Source: Podarcis muralis
Lineage: Eukaryota
Length of the DNA stretch: 64,000 nt
Direction: 5' to 3'
NCBI RefSeq assembly: GCF_964188315.1
Contig: NC_135656.1
Coordinates: forward strand, 44,454,001 to 44,518,000
Part shown: one piece after another, positions 1-12,759 of the stretch
Position numbering within the stretch: the first letter of the stretch is position 1
How the letters are laid out: each line of letters opens with the position of its first letter
The notes under the pieces: generated by a model
Seen by the model: only the letters and a program-made list of their open reading frames with translations
Told to the model about the DNA's origin: nothing
The model's database searches: none
Made by a program: the position numbers and the translations under genes

Positions 1-298
1 AATCCTGAGAGTGGAATTCTACTTGTGGCAGCCTCTACCCAGCCTCCATATATTAAAACAAGAATTGTGGGTTAGCTTGGTCCAGAGTATGCCTAACCCC
101 AAAACAAGGCCTCAAAGAGCAAGAATTCCCTTTGCCAAAGCCTGAGCTTTGATTTCATGCCTTTTCTAAGGTGAGGCAAATATCTTGGTGGCATTTGCAT
201 TAAACACAATGTTTCTCCATATCCGAGGACTGCTATAATCCTGATAAAAGCTACTGCAAGGCAGACATGTGCCTTGGGCCTCTGGACCAAGAAATTAC

Positions 299-3200
299 CT
301 TGCAGCGAGACTTCTAGGAAATAGTGAGAATATTTCTCCATGAAAGCTCTGACTTTGGTCACGGACGTGATAGGCCAGCCATTGTGCAGATCGCTCTCGC
401 TAACGGAGGCAAAGAGGTAGTAATCGATGTAATGCGCCGGGGTTGGCAGACAGAGATTCCAGTTAAAAGTTTCCAGGAGCAGAAGCTCCATCTTCAGCAG
501 GTCTTTCTTGGTTAGCGCCAGGTTAAGGCTACACATGTAAGCAAAGCTGTTGAGCTGGTCCAGTTTGGGCACCTTGTCCTCCTTCTCTTCAAACTTGCCT
601 ATTGGAAAGAAAGAACAAGCCACTTGAGTTCAAGGCATTCTCTCCATCTAGATTCTCCTGAACTCAGCTAGAAGCCAATGCTGAAAAACCCAGAATTCAG
701 AGATTCATCAGCCAGCCATTGCCACTGCATGAGATAAACTCTAGTCCAGGCATAGGCAAACTCGGCCCTCCAGATATTTTGGGACTACAACTCCCATAAT
801 CCCTGACCACTGGTCCTGTTAGCTACGGATGATGGGAACTGTAGTCCAAAAACATCTGGAGGGCCGAGTTTGCCTATGCCTGCTCTAGTCAAACACAAAT
901 AGTACAGAGTATAAAATTATGGGAGCTTTGGAAAAGCATGCAGTCCACTTTCACTGATGAGTCAACATGGAAGAAAACTAGAGCTGCTCACAATGTGTGA
1001 AAGCAATGTATTATTTTACATAAAGATGAAATATAGTACATAACCAAGACCAGCACATATGGAAAAATGTTGGCCCACACTTCAAAGAAAAAGGAGGAAA
1101 ATACACATTATGTTCAATCTGGTTATCTGATTATACACTTTTATTTTATGTCAACTATTACTAATAGGAAAGTGCGATTTAAACAACTATCCCAACCCTT
1201 CCAACAGGCACTGCTCAATATTTAAATTTATAGGCCCTGGAAGAACCCAGTCCAGTCTCTACTTTAACAAATTCCAAGAATCCTTTTTCCTCCAGTTTGA
1301 CTAGTTTCTTTTATTTGCCATCAATATTTTTTCCAGCCTAGCAGGATTTAAGATAACATGCAGTAGAAAAGTTTTCTCCCCTGCCCCGCCTTTTTGCCAG
1401 AGTGGAATACAAAGGCCAGACAATGGACTGAGGAAGGGTAGCAGCTGTAAGACACTGAACAGCTTCTGCTGCTTTTGTAGTTTTACAACCACTTCCTTAT
1501 CTCCTTTCTAGATTGCTCCCTTGAAAACACTGCGGCCACCCTCATCAAGGACTGGCCTTTAAAAATATAAAATAAAACTACTGAGACACAATGCTCATCC
1601 CTATACGGACTAGGACCCTCGTACCTACGGGACCGCCTCTCCTGGTATGCCCCACGGACGACCTTAAGATCTGCAAATAATAACACTCTAAGGATCCCAG
1701 GCCCCAGGGAGATTAGATTGGCCTCGACCAGAGCCAGGGCCTTTTTAGCTGTGGCCCCGGCCTGGTGGAACACTCTCTCACAAGAGACCAGGACCCTGCG
1801 GGATTTGACATCTTTCCGCAGGGCCTGCAAGACGGAGCTGTTCCGCCAGGCCTTTGGTCAGGGTTCAGTGTGATTCTTTTCTTTCTGTATAAGAACAAGC
1901 ATTAAAGAGGCCTCCTAGCCTGCTCACAGGTCCTTTATAAGACTAGTGGTAACATTTGGCCCTGGAGAATATTAACCACTCTCAATTTTACCTGTGGAAT
2001 GCCATCTGTCCAGATTTTAATTTGTTCTGAACTAATTTTAAGATGTATTTTAATTAATTGATTGCCTGTTTTTATGTTCTTTGTATACTGTGTTACTTTT
2101 ATGTTAGCTGCCCTGAGCCTGGCTCTGGCCGGGGAACAATTATTATTATCATTAAACAGACAAAATATTATGTCAGTATAGCAGCTTTGGACAGGAATAT
2201 ATTGTTGTTGTTGTTTAGTCGTTTAGTCGTGTCCGACTCTTCGTGACCCCATGGACCAGAGCACGCGAGGCACTCCTGTCTTCCACTGCCTCCCGCAGTT
2301 TGGTCAGACTCATGTTTGTAGCTTCGAGAACACTGTCCAACCATCTTGTCCTCTGTCGTCCCCTTCTCCTTGTGCCCTCAATCTTTCCCAACATCAGGGT
2401 CTTTTCCAGGGAGTCTTCTCTTCTCATGAGGTGGCCAAAGTATTGGAGCCTCAGCTTTACGATCTGTCCTTCCAGTGAGCACTCAGGGCTGATTTCCTTA
2501 AGAATGGATGCGTTTGATCTTCTTGCAGACCATGGGACTCTCAAGAGTCTCCTCCAGCACCATAATTCAAAAGCATCAATTCTTCGGCAATCAGCCTTCT
2601 TTATGGTCCAGCTCTCACTTCCATACATCACTACTGGGAAAACCATGGCTTTAACTATATGAACCTTTGTTGGCAAGGTGATGTCTCTGCTTTTTAAGAT
2701 ACTGTCTAGGTTTGCCATCGCCTTTCTCCCAAGGAGCAGGCGTCTTTTAATTTCGTGACTGCTGTCACCATCTGCAGTGATCATGGAGCCCAAGAAAGTA
2801 AAATCTCTCACTGCCTCCATTTCTTCCCCTTCTATTTGCCAGGAGGTGATGGGCCCAGTGGCCATGATCTTCGTTTTTTTGATGTTGAGCTTCAGACCAT
2901 ATTTTGCGCTCTCCTCTTTCACCCTCATTAAAAGGTTCTTTAATTCCTCTTCACTTTCTGCCATCAAGGTTGTGTCATCTGCATATCTGAGGTTGTTGAT
3001 ATTTCTTCCGGCGATCTTAATTCCGGCTTGGGATTCATCCAGCCCAGCCTTTCGCATGATGAATTCTGCATATAAGTTAAATAAGCAGGGAGACAGTATA
3101 CAGCTTTGCCATACTCCTTTCCCATTTTTGAACCAATCAGTTGTTCCATATCCAGTTCTAACTGTAGCTTCTTGTCCCACATAGAGATTTCTCAGGAGAC

Positions 3201-6200
3201 AGATGAGGTGATCAGGCACTCCCATTTCTTTAAGAACTTGCCACAGTTTGCTGTAATCGACACAGTCAAAGGCTTTTGCATAGTCAATGAAGCAGAAGTA
3301 GATGTCTTTCTGGAACTCTCTAGCTTTCTCCATAATCCAGTGCATGTTTGCAATTTGGTCTCTGGTTCCTCAGAAATCCAGCTTGCACTTCTGGGAGTTC
3401 TCGGTCCACATACTGCTTAAGCCTGCCTTGTAGAATTTTAAGCATAACCTTGCTAGCGTGTGAAATGAGTGCAATTGTGCGGTAGTTGGAGCATTCTTTG
3501 GCACTGCCCTTCTTTGGGATTGGGATGTAGACTGATCTTCTCCAATCCTCTGGCCACTGCTGAGTTTTCCAAATTTGCTGGCATATTGAGTGTATCACCT
3601 TGACAGCATCATCGTTTAAAATTTTAAATAGTTCAGCTGGAATATCATCACTTCCACTGGCCTTGTTATTAGCAGTGCTTTCTAAGGCCCATTTGACTTC
3701 ACTCTCCAGGATGTCTGGCTCAAGGTCATATATACAACATGCTAAAAGGACAAGCTATGCAAGCATGAGGTTGGCAAAAAGTAGATCCTGTCTATCTTTA
3801 AAAAGAGACTTGAGAGGCTCTAAACAAGCCTTCTCTAACTTGCTCTTGGACCCTCTGTCGAAGTTGGACACCAATCCACCATCAGCCTCAACTAGCATGG
3901 CCAGTGGTCAGAGAGGACCATGCACAGGGCACCACATTGTGGAAGGCTACTCTAAGGGTTGGTTCCGAAGTTACTCACCTGCATTTCCTCCCTTGTATAA
4001 AGCTTTGGGTTATTAGGACACGTGTCTCTCTGCAAGGCTGACAACTATGTTTTTCTAAAGTGGCCCAAAACTAAAGGGATTCTAGGAGGATATAGCGCAG
4101 GATGGATCACTAGGTAAGTACATAGAAAGGGCTGCAGTTTGAGAATGAACCTGCACAGTATCTGCTCTCCATGAATATAATATGGCAGGGGTCAAAGGTG
4201 CCCTCTAAATGTAACAGGAACCCCTTTCCATGGGCTCAATCCACAATTATCGAGTAATATTTAAATGTCAATGTGATGGGCCCCACAGGCTCTGAATAAT
4301 ACAGTAATGCAAGGGGTAATCTGAAGGAAAAGCATCACCCACGGCCTCATTTCAAGGGCATAAAAATGAACCTGTTACTCTCTGTAACAGCTGAGAATCC
4401 CTTTTCTCTTAAGCACAGCTTAAGGCTCCTCCCCATACGAGCAAAAAAGAAGTACATCACTGCAGGAAATTCTAGGCAAAGTTGTTGATACTCTGTTCTA
4501 AAAGCAACAGAAACGGCAAAGAGCAATAGTCAACTATATCATACTCCTCTGGGAAGGGACCAATAGTCTTTTCCTGTTCCATGGTTTCAAAAACGCTTTA
4601 GATGGTACCTGCTCAAAATAAACAACCTAAAATTAATGAATTGAAATAAAAATGTTTTCATCAGCTTAGGGCATTTAACCGATAAACAGCTTACTTGTCC
4701 CCCCCACGGACAAGTAATAACCGCAACAGCATGTGTGCATTAACAGGCAAGCTTACTCACTTGCAAGGAGGAGGCAGGCAATTGAGATGACATAGAGCTG
4801 TTTGACAGCAACATCATAGCGGTCCATAAAGAGATCCAGCAAGTACACAGCAAGGTGTCGGGCTGTGGGGCAGAGCTGGCAGCGGCTGCTGAGGATGGCC
4901 AAGAGGTCAGCAAAATAGCGCCGCATCCCGATTTGCGGAGAATGGGCCTTGTACACAGGCAGCTTCAGCTCCTATGGCAACACAAAGGAGGGGGAGGAAA
5001 GAAAGAGAGACACAGAGAGAGAAGGGGTATTAACATGAAGATCCATTTCAGAAGCCAAAATCCACAGATCACCACCCACCACCTGTTCTGGCAAGTGCTT
5101 AGCAACTAACGCAATAAAAAGCAACCCAGCTCTTGTTCTGGATGAATATCCAACCTGTTTTTGAAAGACAATGCAACTTGCGACAACTATTCATACTCCT
5201 GAGAATCAGGCAATGGGCAGGGGGAGAGCCACACTAAACAACAACAACAACAACAATCCACCATCAGCTAGCAATCCCCTCCCACAGGGTTCAAGACCAG
5301 GAACCAACATTATTTATAAAGAAACAAACAGACTGCTGCGCCCATTGAAGACCAACGCATTTATGATGGTATAACCTTTCATGGACTGCCACAATAATTG
5401 TTAGTTTTTAAGGGGAGCTATTATTTTATTTATTGTACAACTGTATAAACTGCTTGACAGCCTGACGTCACCAAAGCAGTGTACAATACAAAGATAACAT
5501 ACAAAAAATACAATATTCAAAGCATAGTTAAAACCAATCATACAGGTGTACAATTAATTTTTCATTAACAACTGTGTCACACCTATTAGACCTGGGAAAA
5601 GCACTCCCCCCCCCCCCTGTGTGTGTGTTTTGGATTAAACATCTCAATCCTGCTCAGGGCCCCAACAGCTGCTACTTACACTAGAAAACTTAAGACATGT
5701 TAATTTAGGCACTCAAGGAGTTGGCTTCAGGTCTTGTTTGGCCTGGAGGCAAATTCAGCAGAAGGTTGGAATCCAAAGGCAAATTCAAAAGAAAAGTTCA
5801 TCTTCCATTGTTGGCTCTCCCAAGTAAAGAATTTAGAAATCACCCATTTACGGGTTCAGAACAAGTCAATAACTTTTCAATGACTTACATAGTCATTTTT
5901 GGGCACTATTTAATCAAACTGCATAAAATGAAATTGCAGCCCAGACAAGAAATTTAAAGTTGAAGCCCACTTACAGGTCCACTGTATTAAAAGTATGAAA
6001 ATGGGACGAAATTAGTTTTTAAAAGGTTAAGCCAGTTCATGAATTACTTCTTAACAAACTGCAAGATAAGACCTCTTACATAAAAGTACGGCACTGTAAA
6101 TATTTATGTGGTGAAGAGGACCCATTTCCTCAGGCAAACATGCTTATCTGTCTGTTTAGACACAAGGCCCATTCACAAGCTAACATAACAATTATTAGAT

Positions 6201-9200
6201 GGAAGCCTCCAGTCTTGTTCCAAGAGGCAACATCTCATTTGACCTCAGCAGATTCCAGATGAAGGTTTTAAAAACATCCCAGGCAGGGATGGAGTTGAGC
6301 TGGCTGTATTTGAAGGATCCAGCTTTCCAGAAAAGTTGCCTAAAACCAAAACACCCCGTCTTCTAGCTAGCAAGGAATTCTACAATGCTCACTGTACAGC
6401 TCAAAACACCACCTTTACACCCCACCCCATGGACACAACTCTTCATTTACAATAAATATTTACCATATAAGAGTATAATTACAGTAGATTCAACAAGAGG
6501 CATGCTGCACCTGATGGCTTTGTAAGCAGCTTAGGTACGTAGGCAGACAATGCACCACAACATAGAGGCCATGTGCATACATTCTCTTTCCAAAATGACC
6601 TGTGCATCCGAGATCACACATCAACTGAACGCACACAAAATGGCCGCCACCTGTACTGACACGCCATTTGGTACAGGACTGGGCATCATTCTGCCATCAC
6701 TCCTCCACACACATTTGGAATTTCTAAATGAGAACCAATGTCATGTGAAGCCAGTAGGGCAGGGTTGGGGAAGTCCTCCAGATTATGTTGGACAACCAAC
6801 TCCCAGCAGCCCCAGCCAGCATGACTAGCAGTCAGGGATGATGGGAGCTGATGATGGGATGTGTAGTCCAACATCAGGAGCGCCACAGGTTTCTCATCTC
6901 AGCAGAATGGACACCATCACATCATCTGCTGGGCACTCAATAAATACTGTAGGCACTATCCAACACCGACTGTGCCAGGGAACACAACAGATTCCCTTCC
7001 TCTGCTGCCCACATCTGCTCTGAAGGGCTGCCAAATCTTCAAGAAGAGATCTGGTGCTGAATGAAGGGGAGGAGGAAAAGCCCAGCAGCGCAAGAGTAAG
7101 TTTGTTGCACAACAAGCTGACACGGAAGGACGTCATCCTTTGCCAAATACAGTGAAATATGCCTAAGAATCAATTTCAGAGCAATATTTCTAGTCAGAAG
7201 TGTGTCTTGGAACGTTTGCTTGGAACATTAAACAACAGCAACAATACTGTCTTTCCCACTTCCAAAATTTCTAAGGACTCGATCCCTCTCTAAAGTTATA
7301 TTCAGAAGCACAGTACATTTGGGGAGCCAGCAACCCATTTATGTTCCTTTCTATTTGAGGATGTGAACTTAATTTTGCAAACGCAAGCAAGGAGCCATAT
7401 GTCAAATGGCGTAGGGCCTACTGTTGAGAAGGGACAGGTGTGCCAAATGATAACAAAATCAAATTATAATGAAATCCTGACATTTGCTCATTATTTCCCA
7501 GGATTTAAAAGGACCCAGGCCAACCGTCTATTGTGGCATTTCATTCAGCTATATATATAAGTTACACACAAAGACAAAGCTATACATAATTTTCTTTCCA
7601 AAGAAAACACACAACAATTCAAGTTACTTTTCCTGTGTAAATTTCACCTTGAACAAGTATATTCACTTTGACATATTCCAATTGTAACCAAAGAACACAA
7701 TGAACAATGGAAAAATACAAGCCAAAGGAAGGTGTAGGAGGGGTGAAAAATATATGCCCTGCAGCCTATTGCTATTGCCTGTTTTGTGTGGGCTGGTGGA
7801 GGGTTCTGAGAATTACTAGTTTTCCTTTTGTGAAAAGATCTTCCATTGTGTCCATGACAATTTCTTAGATTACCCTCATGCTTCAAGGCTTACCCATGCC
7901 AGAATGTGTATGTTATCCTCAACAATGCTTTGTGAAAGATCACTAAAAAATTTACGTATGTCCACACTTTAACATAATTATCACCACCTGTATTTCCGAC
8001 ATCTCCATTTCCCTCTAACTTCATGGCTAACCCCTTTCTTTCTTTCTTTCTTTCTTTCCATGTGCATATACACCTGTCAACTCAGGATGATGCGTCATAC
8101 ATCTAGTGAAGCAGGCTGTAGTTGACAAAAGCTAACACCATAATAAATTTTGTTAAGTCTTTCAAGTGCCACAAGGCTTTTGGTTAATTTGAGACGCAAC
8201 ACTCGACATGCAGACACCCCCTCCATACTTGCAAATAGCAGGAACATGAACCTTCGACACATTTCCCCCAAGTCATGCTTGACACCTGTTCAAGGCCCTC
8301 CCTCCAAAAACACTGCCTTTGCCAAGACATGGGAACAAACCCCCAGACAGAGGAAACATCTCTCACGGAGGAGGGACAGGACAAAAAGCTAGGTATAGTG
8401 GAGGACAGGAACCTGAGCAGGCTTGCAAGGAACAGCACCGCAGTAACCACTTCAGACCAGCACAGGTGCACAGCACCCGCAATATTAAAGCAAGGATTTT
8501 CACCAGAACTAGTAAGGAATTTAACACAGTTGAGAGACATTTCCTTGTAAATGTATACATTTCATGCTCTAGGAGCTCAGAAAGGTGCATCACTGAATAC
8601 GCTCAGGGAAGGGGCTCATTCAGGACAAACCTATACTGTCAGCTTTATCTCAACTCCCTGACCCATTTGCAAGGCAATATCCCTTTCATACATATCCTTC
8701 TTAGCATGAATGTGTCTTAATCAAGTCTCCAGTGAAAAGTTGCTTTCATATGGCCCTCTTCCTTGTCTGCATTACCACACTCTTTTCCATAAAAGCTGCT
8801 GATCCTAACCACACATTTTCTTGCAAACAAATCCCATTGACTCCAACATCTAAATAATTGCCTTTAGGACTGGCACATTCAGTCTCCTGCTTTAAACTAT
8901 CTATTCACTCCCTCTTCAATCTACAGTGACTTCTTACCAGCTTTTGCAAGAGAGTTGAAGACAATGAGCCAACTTTTTTAGCATGCAATACAGGCTCTCA
9001 TCCACCTTGATAATTAATTTGGTTGAATGTATCAATTTAAGATTTTTTTTGTTTTGTTTTCCAACAGCACACTACATGGCAGCAGGATATGAATCAACAC
9101 CATCATGGAGTCCAGAGTAATTACATATTGCTTTCTTCTAGACTCTAGAATGGGGGTGGGGAACCTATTCAGTATATTTCTTCCATACAAAGCAACCTAT

Positions 9201-9437
9201 ACACATTTCCTTACACTGTGTAAGGTGCAATGTACGGTACTTCTAACTTGCTCCCATTCAAAGTGCATTGAGGACTGCAGTCTTTCACTGTAAGAATCAA
9301 CCACCATGGAAAAAAGTTTTAGACACAGCAAAGGCAGAGCAGGTAAGAGTGCAGAGACAGGGAGGCTAACTGACCTTCAACCTCAAAGTCTGATGAATCT
9401 CTGCTGCAAGGTCTCCTTTCCACCATGGCTCTTCCAT
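299..9437 (-). CDS. CCNJL: Cyclin-J-like protein, 5' part (coding exons 9375-9437, 4761-4971, 299-598; continues beyond the left edge)
   Basis: Spliced translation [21 protein letters not shown]|[13 protein letters not shown]...[10 protein letters not shown]...CLLLA|[17 protein letters not shown]...YFLEVSLQ is a cyclin-J N-terminal cyclin box. All junctions are GT-AG with consistent phases (63, 211, 300 nt). CCNJL rather than CCNJ is assigned from adjacency to C1QTNF2. Confidence 0.9.
747..882. mobile_element. hAT-type palindromic MITE
   Basis: Long TIRs CAGGCATAGGCAAACTCGGCCCTCCAGAT... flanked by a perfect 8-bp TSD ctctagtc (739-746, 883-890). Confidence 0.85.
1598..2155 (+). mobile_element. 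L2-clade LINE, 5'-truncated 3' end
   Basis: Translates to [24 protein letters not shown]...[13 protein letters not shown]...[14 protein letters not shown], a typical L2 ORF2 C-terminus, followed by an AT-rich 3' UTR and (ATT)n tail. Confidence 0.75.
2201..3728 (-). mobile_element. RTE/Bov-B LINE, 5'-truncated, reverse transcriptase region
   Basis: ORFs 3320-3598 and 2215-3345 encode RT motifs ([44 protein letters not shown]) and the Bov-B C-terminus. One small frameshifting deletion near 3372. 3' end ...GAGTCGGACACGACTAAACGACTAAAC(AAC)n. Confidence 0.93.
8095..8190 (+). mobile_element. Decayed Penelope-like terminal fragment
   Basis: catctagtgaagcaggctgtagttgacaaaagctaac...gttaagtctttcaagtgccacaag resembles the 21890 element's hammerhead-plus-tail layout but is degenerate. 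Confidence 0.45.
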
Positions 9438-9749
9438 CTTTAGACTTCCCATCCAAAACCTGGTCTGGGGGGAAAGGCAATACCTAGGTAGGGAGAAATA
9501 AACAGTGAACCAGATTAACCAACATTTTCTACCTAGTCAAGTTGTTTATGCGTTGTAGCCCAACAGCCCCATCCTACGGAAATCAACAGGCTTCAGGGCA
9601 CATGTCCCTGCATGGGATCTGGCTGTTACTTAGTTCTTTTGGCTGAGACCTTTTAGTTGTAACATCCTTCACCTTCCTCGCCTCCCCTCGCCCAAAGAGA
9701 GAGGGCAAGGGGAAAGGGCAATTACATCCACGTTTTCTACCGGGGTCCA

Positions 9750-11000
9750 ATTCTGTCCACCGAACTTCTATCAAACACCCGGGTTTTCTCCCCACTTTAT
9801 TAAAGCGTCCCCACAATTGCAGATTTCCATGCGGCCACAGTCGCCCAAGAAATCTCGGCGGCCACAGGTCTGCCTTACCTGCAAGACGGGCCCCTCCCCC
9901 TCCCCGCGCCCTTTCCTTTTGCAGAAAAGCCACCAAGGACGCTTCCATGTGCACCAGCCCATCCGAAGGGAGGAGTACCTGAGAGATCTACTACCTCCTC
10001 GCCGCGATCACTTCTTTGCAGAGATCTCACCAAGGCTGTTACCTTGACTACCTCCAAAGATTTGGGAACAAGCCTCTCTCTCTCTTCCCTCTCGGCCACC
10101 CCCACTCCCGGTCTGCTAGAGCACTCATAACTGCACAACTTCTTTGTTTAAAGGCAGGCTACCTTTAATTAAAAAGAGCCATAACTGCAAGTTGCACGAC
10201 ACTCCCCCCCCCCCGCAGTCCGCAACTCCCCACAAACTGCGAAGACGGCGCCCGCCCACGCAGCGCTTACCTTTTTGCCTCTCTTCGCCCTCCAAACCGG
10301 GATCCCCAGCCTTTGTCCTACCCGGCATCCAGCTATTTCTTGCTGGAAAAATACTGCAGCCCAGGCAGAAGGGGGAGCATTTAAACTTATCTCTCTGCGC
10401 GCCCCCCCTCTCCTCCCCCTCCAGTTCCCCAGTGTTGAACTTAGAGTCTGGCGGGAAGGGCGGAGGTGAGATGCATATCCGCCCCCCCTCTCGCTCCCCG
10501 CGGTGTAGCTGGTGGAGGGCGAGAAGGTGATCTCCCCGCCCTTTAGCCGCTTCTCTCCTCCTCCCTCCCTCCCTCCCCCCCGCAGATCCTGCTCTGGATG
10601 GAAGATCCCAAGAGCAGGAGGAGGAGGAGGAGGGGGAGATTACACGCCGGCGCCGCACTGCGCACGCGCGCGCGCGCACTTCGGAGCCCTATCGCTTCTT
10701 TGAGTATAGCAGCCTTCCCACGCTCCTTTTCGCGCGGGGGAGTCCCGCTCGCTCATTCATTCATTCGTCTGTCCGCCCGTGGACTTCCTCTGAAACCAAC
10801 GCCAAGGCTACCGCCGCCCGAGCCCCTCTCCCCTGTCCCGGCCCTCTCGGCACTGCTGCTGCTCCGCTTCTCCTGCGGGGCAATTTCAAGAGGCAGCTTC
10901 ATTCATTCAAAGCGAACTAATCCAGGCAAGGGGTCCGATCACATTGGAGGCACTAACGGGTGTAGGACCGACTCGGTTGTAGTCCGAGAGAAGAGGCTCT
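9750..11000 (-). promoter_or_regulatory. CpG island / promoter and 5' UTR exons of CCNJL
   Basis: GC- and CpG-rich stretch upstream of the ATG exon (exon 9375-9483, acceptor with pyrimidine tract). Minus-strand donors at exon ends 9879, 10043 and 10271. An alternating TGCGCACGCGCGCGCGCGCAC tract (10659-10679) is NRF1-like and Z-DNA prone. Confidence 0.7.
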
Positions 11001-11559
11001 TGCCCTAATAGGTGCTCGTCTCCCACCGCTGTAAGTGGGATCGTGCACCAACCCTCCAAAACTGGCCTAGTTCAAAGCTCAGCTGGGCTTGCGGGATTCC
11101 TCCCTTCCCCAATACGTAATAATGATAAGCTGCATTTAAAGGAGAATGTAATGCTGGCCCCAACACATTTACTTGCCGTATTAAGAAAGCAAATTCTAGT
11201 CCTCCTTACCTGGGAACAAGCCTCATTTTAATTCAACAGGACTTATTTCCGAGTAGACACGGTTTTAGTTTGCACTGTCGATCCATGCAACAGGTCCTTT
11301 TAAACTGTTTTTACATAGTGTTTTAATTCACGTAACCCATCCTAGGACCTTAGGGCGAAGGGCAGGTAATAACAATAGCAATTTATCTGTTATCAGATGT
11401 TGGGAAAGCTGGACTTGGATGTGAAAGCACTGAGCCCAATGTAATCACTTATCATTTTAAAAGCTGCTCTGCCAGGTTTTAGGTAGGAGGCTTCCAAGCC
11501 GTATCCAGAGAAAATGCCAGATTTAAATTTGGTCCTTCTGCATGTAAAGCAGCTATTCT

Positions 11560-12759
11560 ACCATAGAGAGATGGCCCCTCCTTCTAAGACAAAAATAGGA
11601 AAAGGCAAAGTTGCACCAAGACTTCAGTCACCGGTCAAAAGTGTCATGCGTGTAGTAGAAACTCAGTGGAGTGCACAGGGAGATGCTGTGAGTGTTGTAA
11701 AAAAGAGCTACTCACAAATATTAAATGCTGTAGAAGTGCATTCAACTGGTGAAGAAGAAAGTACCAGGTCAGATGATGGCATGCTGCCTGATGCTTTTCA
11801 ATTGTTTTCCTTCCTGTGCTTTTTTGGCCTTTGGGAATCCTTCCTTCTAGAACCTAACAACACACAGGTCTACCTCCAAACCAAAGGACTGAATATACAG
11901 TACAACAATGTGGCGTGAAGCTCAAGGCTTTAAAAGCATTTTAAACTGAAAATAGAGACAAATTAGTTAACAATTCAGTAGCTTACGCAAAAGAAATTGG
12001 TGATCTGGGGATAGTCATGGATTGTCAGTGTAGAAAGAAGAAATTGTTGGCAGGTGAAGAATCATGAGATTATGCTAAATTGTCATATGAAACTGAGTTG
12101 AAGAGAGAACTGTTTCTTTCACTGAACAGAGTGATCTAAGAAATCATCAAGAGATCTCAACAGCTTCATGAACTTGCTGAAAAATATGCCTTCCTTACTT
12201 CATCGAATCTTTTGAATGATATGAATGTCAACTAAATAATGATCATGACTATGACATTAATAGGGAAGAGTTCCTCGCTGAGAGAAAAAGACTTAAGAGT
12301 TTTGTTTCTCTTGTTGCCTCACGAGACAAAACAGAGATGTGGAAGGACAGCGACGGACCCTTTGAAGTTTTGCAGTTTATTCTAAAATACAGTCTTGGGA
12401 ATTTAGTTCCAAATAGAGTAATACTGCTGCAAATTTTCCTCACTGTTGCTGTAAGTGTTGCTAGTTGTGAGAGGAGTTTTTCTAAATTAAAATTGATTAA
12501 GAATTACCTAAGATCTATAATGAGTATGTTGCATTTAAGAAATCTTGCCATACTAAACATTTTAGAAATGTTGGAATTAAGGTTTTACTTAAAAAATAAA
12601 CAGTGTTTTATTTCCCTATATGTCGTGCCGTTTTGACTTTTTGTAGTATTTGTCTGTGGTTGAAACAAGAGAAAAAAGGGGTATTGCAAGTAAAGCAAAG
12701 AAGAGGGGCAGCAAACTCAGTGGCTGCCTTGAGCAGCAAAATCCCTAGCTACGCCACTG
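11560..12759 (+). mobile_element. Decayed hAT DNA transposon (transposase pseudogene plus right TIR)
   Basis: Broken frames give ETQWSAQGDAV...FQLFSFLCFFGLWE...YLQTKGL and the hAT dimerisation motif LQIFLTVAVSVASCERSFSKLKLIKNYLRS. It ends in ctagctacgccactg (12745-12759), the reverse complement of a CAGTGGCGTAGCTAG terminus. No left TIR found. Confidence 0.8.

Noticed and set aside
93-623. 176-aa ORF as a standalone gene
   Set aside because: Only 299-598 is a CCNJL exon. The flanks are intron read-through past clear splice sites.
2243-3420. Plus-strand ORFs of 104-139 aa
   Set aside because: Antisense shadows of the Bov-B RT frame.
10125-11008. Overlapping 128-184 aa ORFs on both strands
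   Set aside because: Low-complexity products of a stop-poor GC-rich promoter with no recognisable domain.
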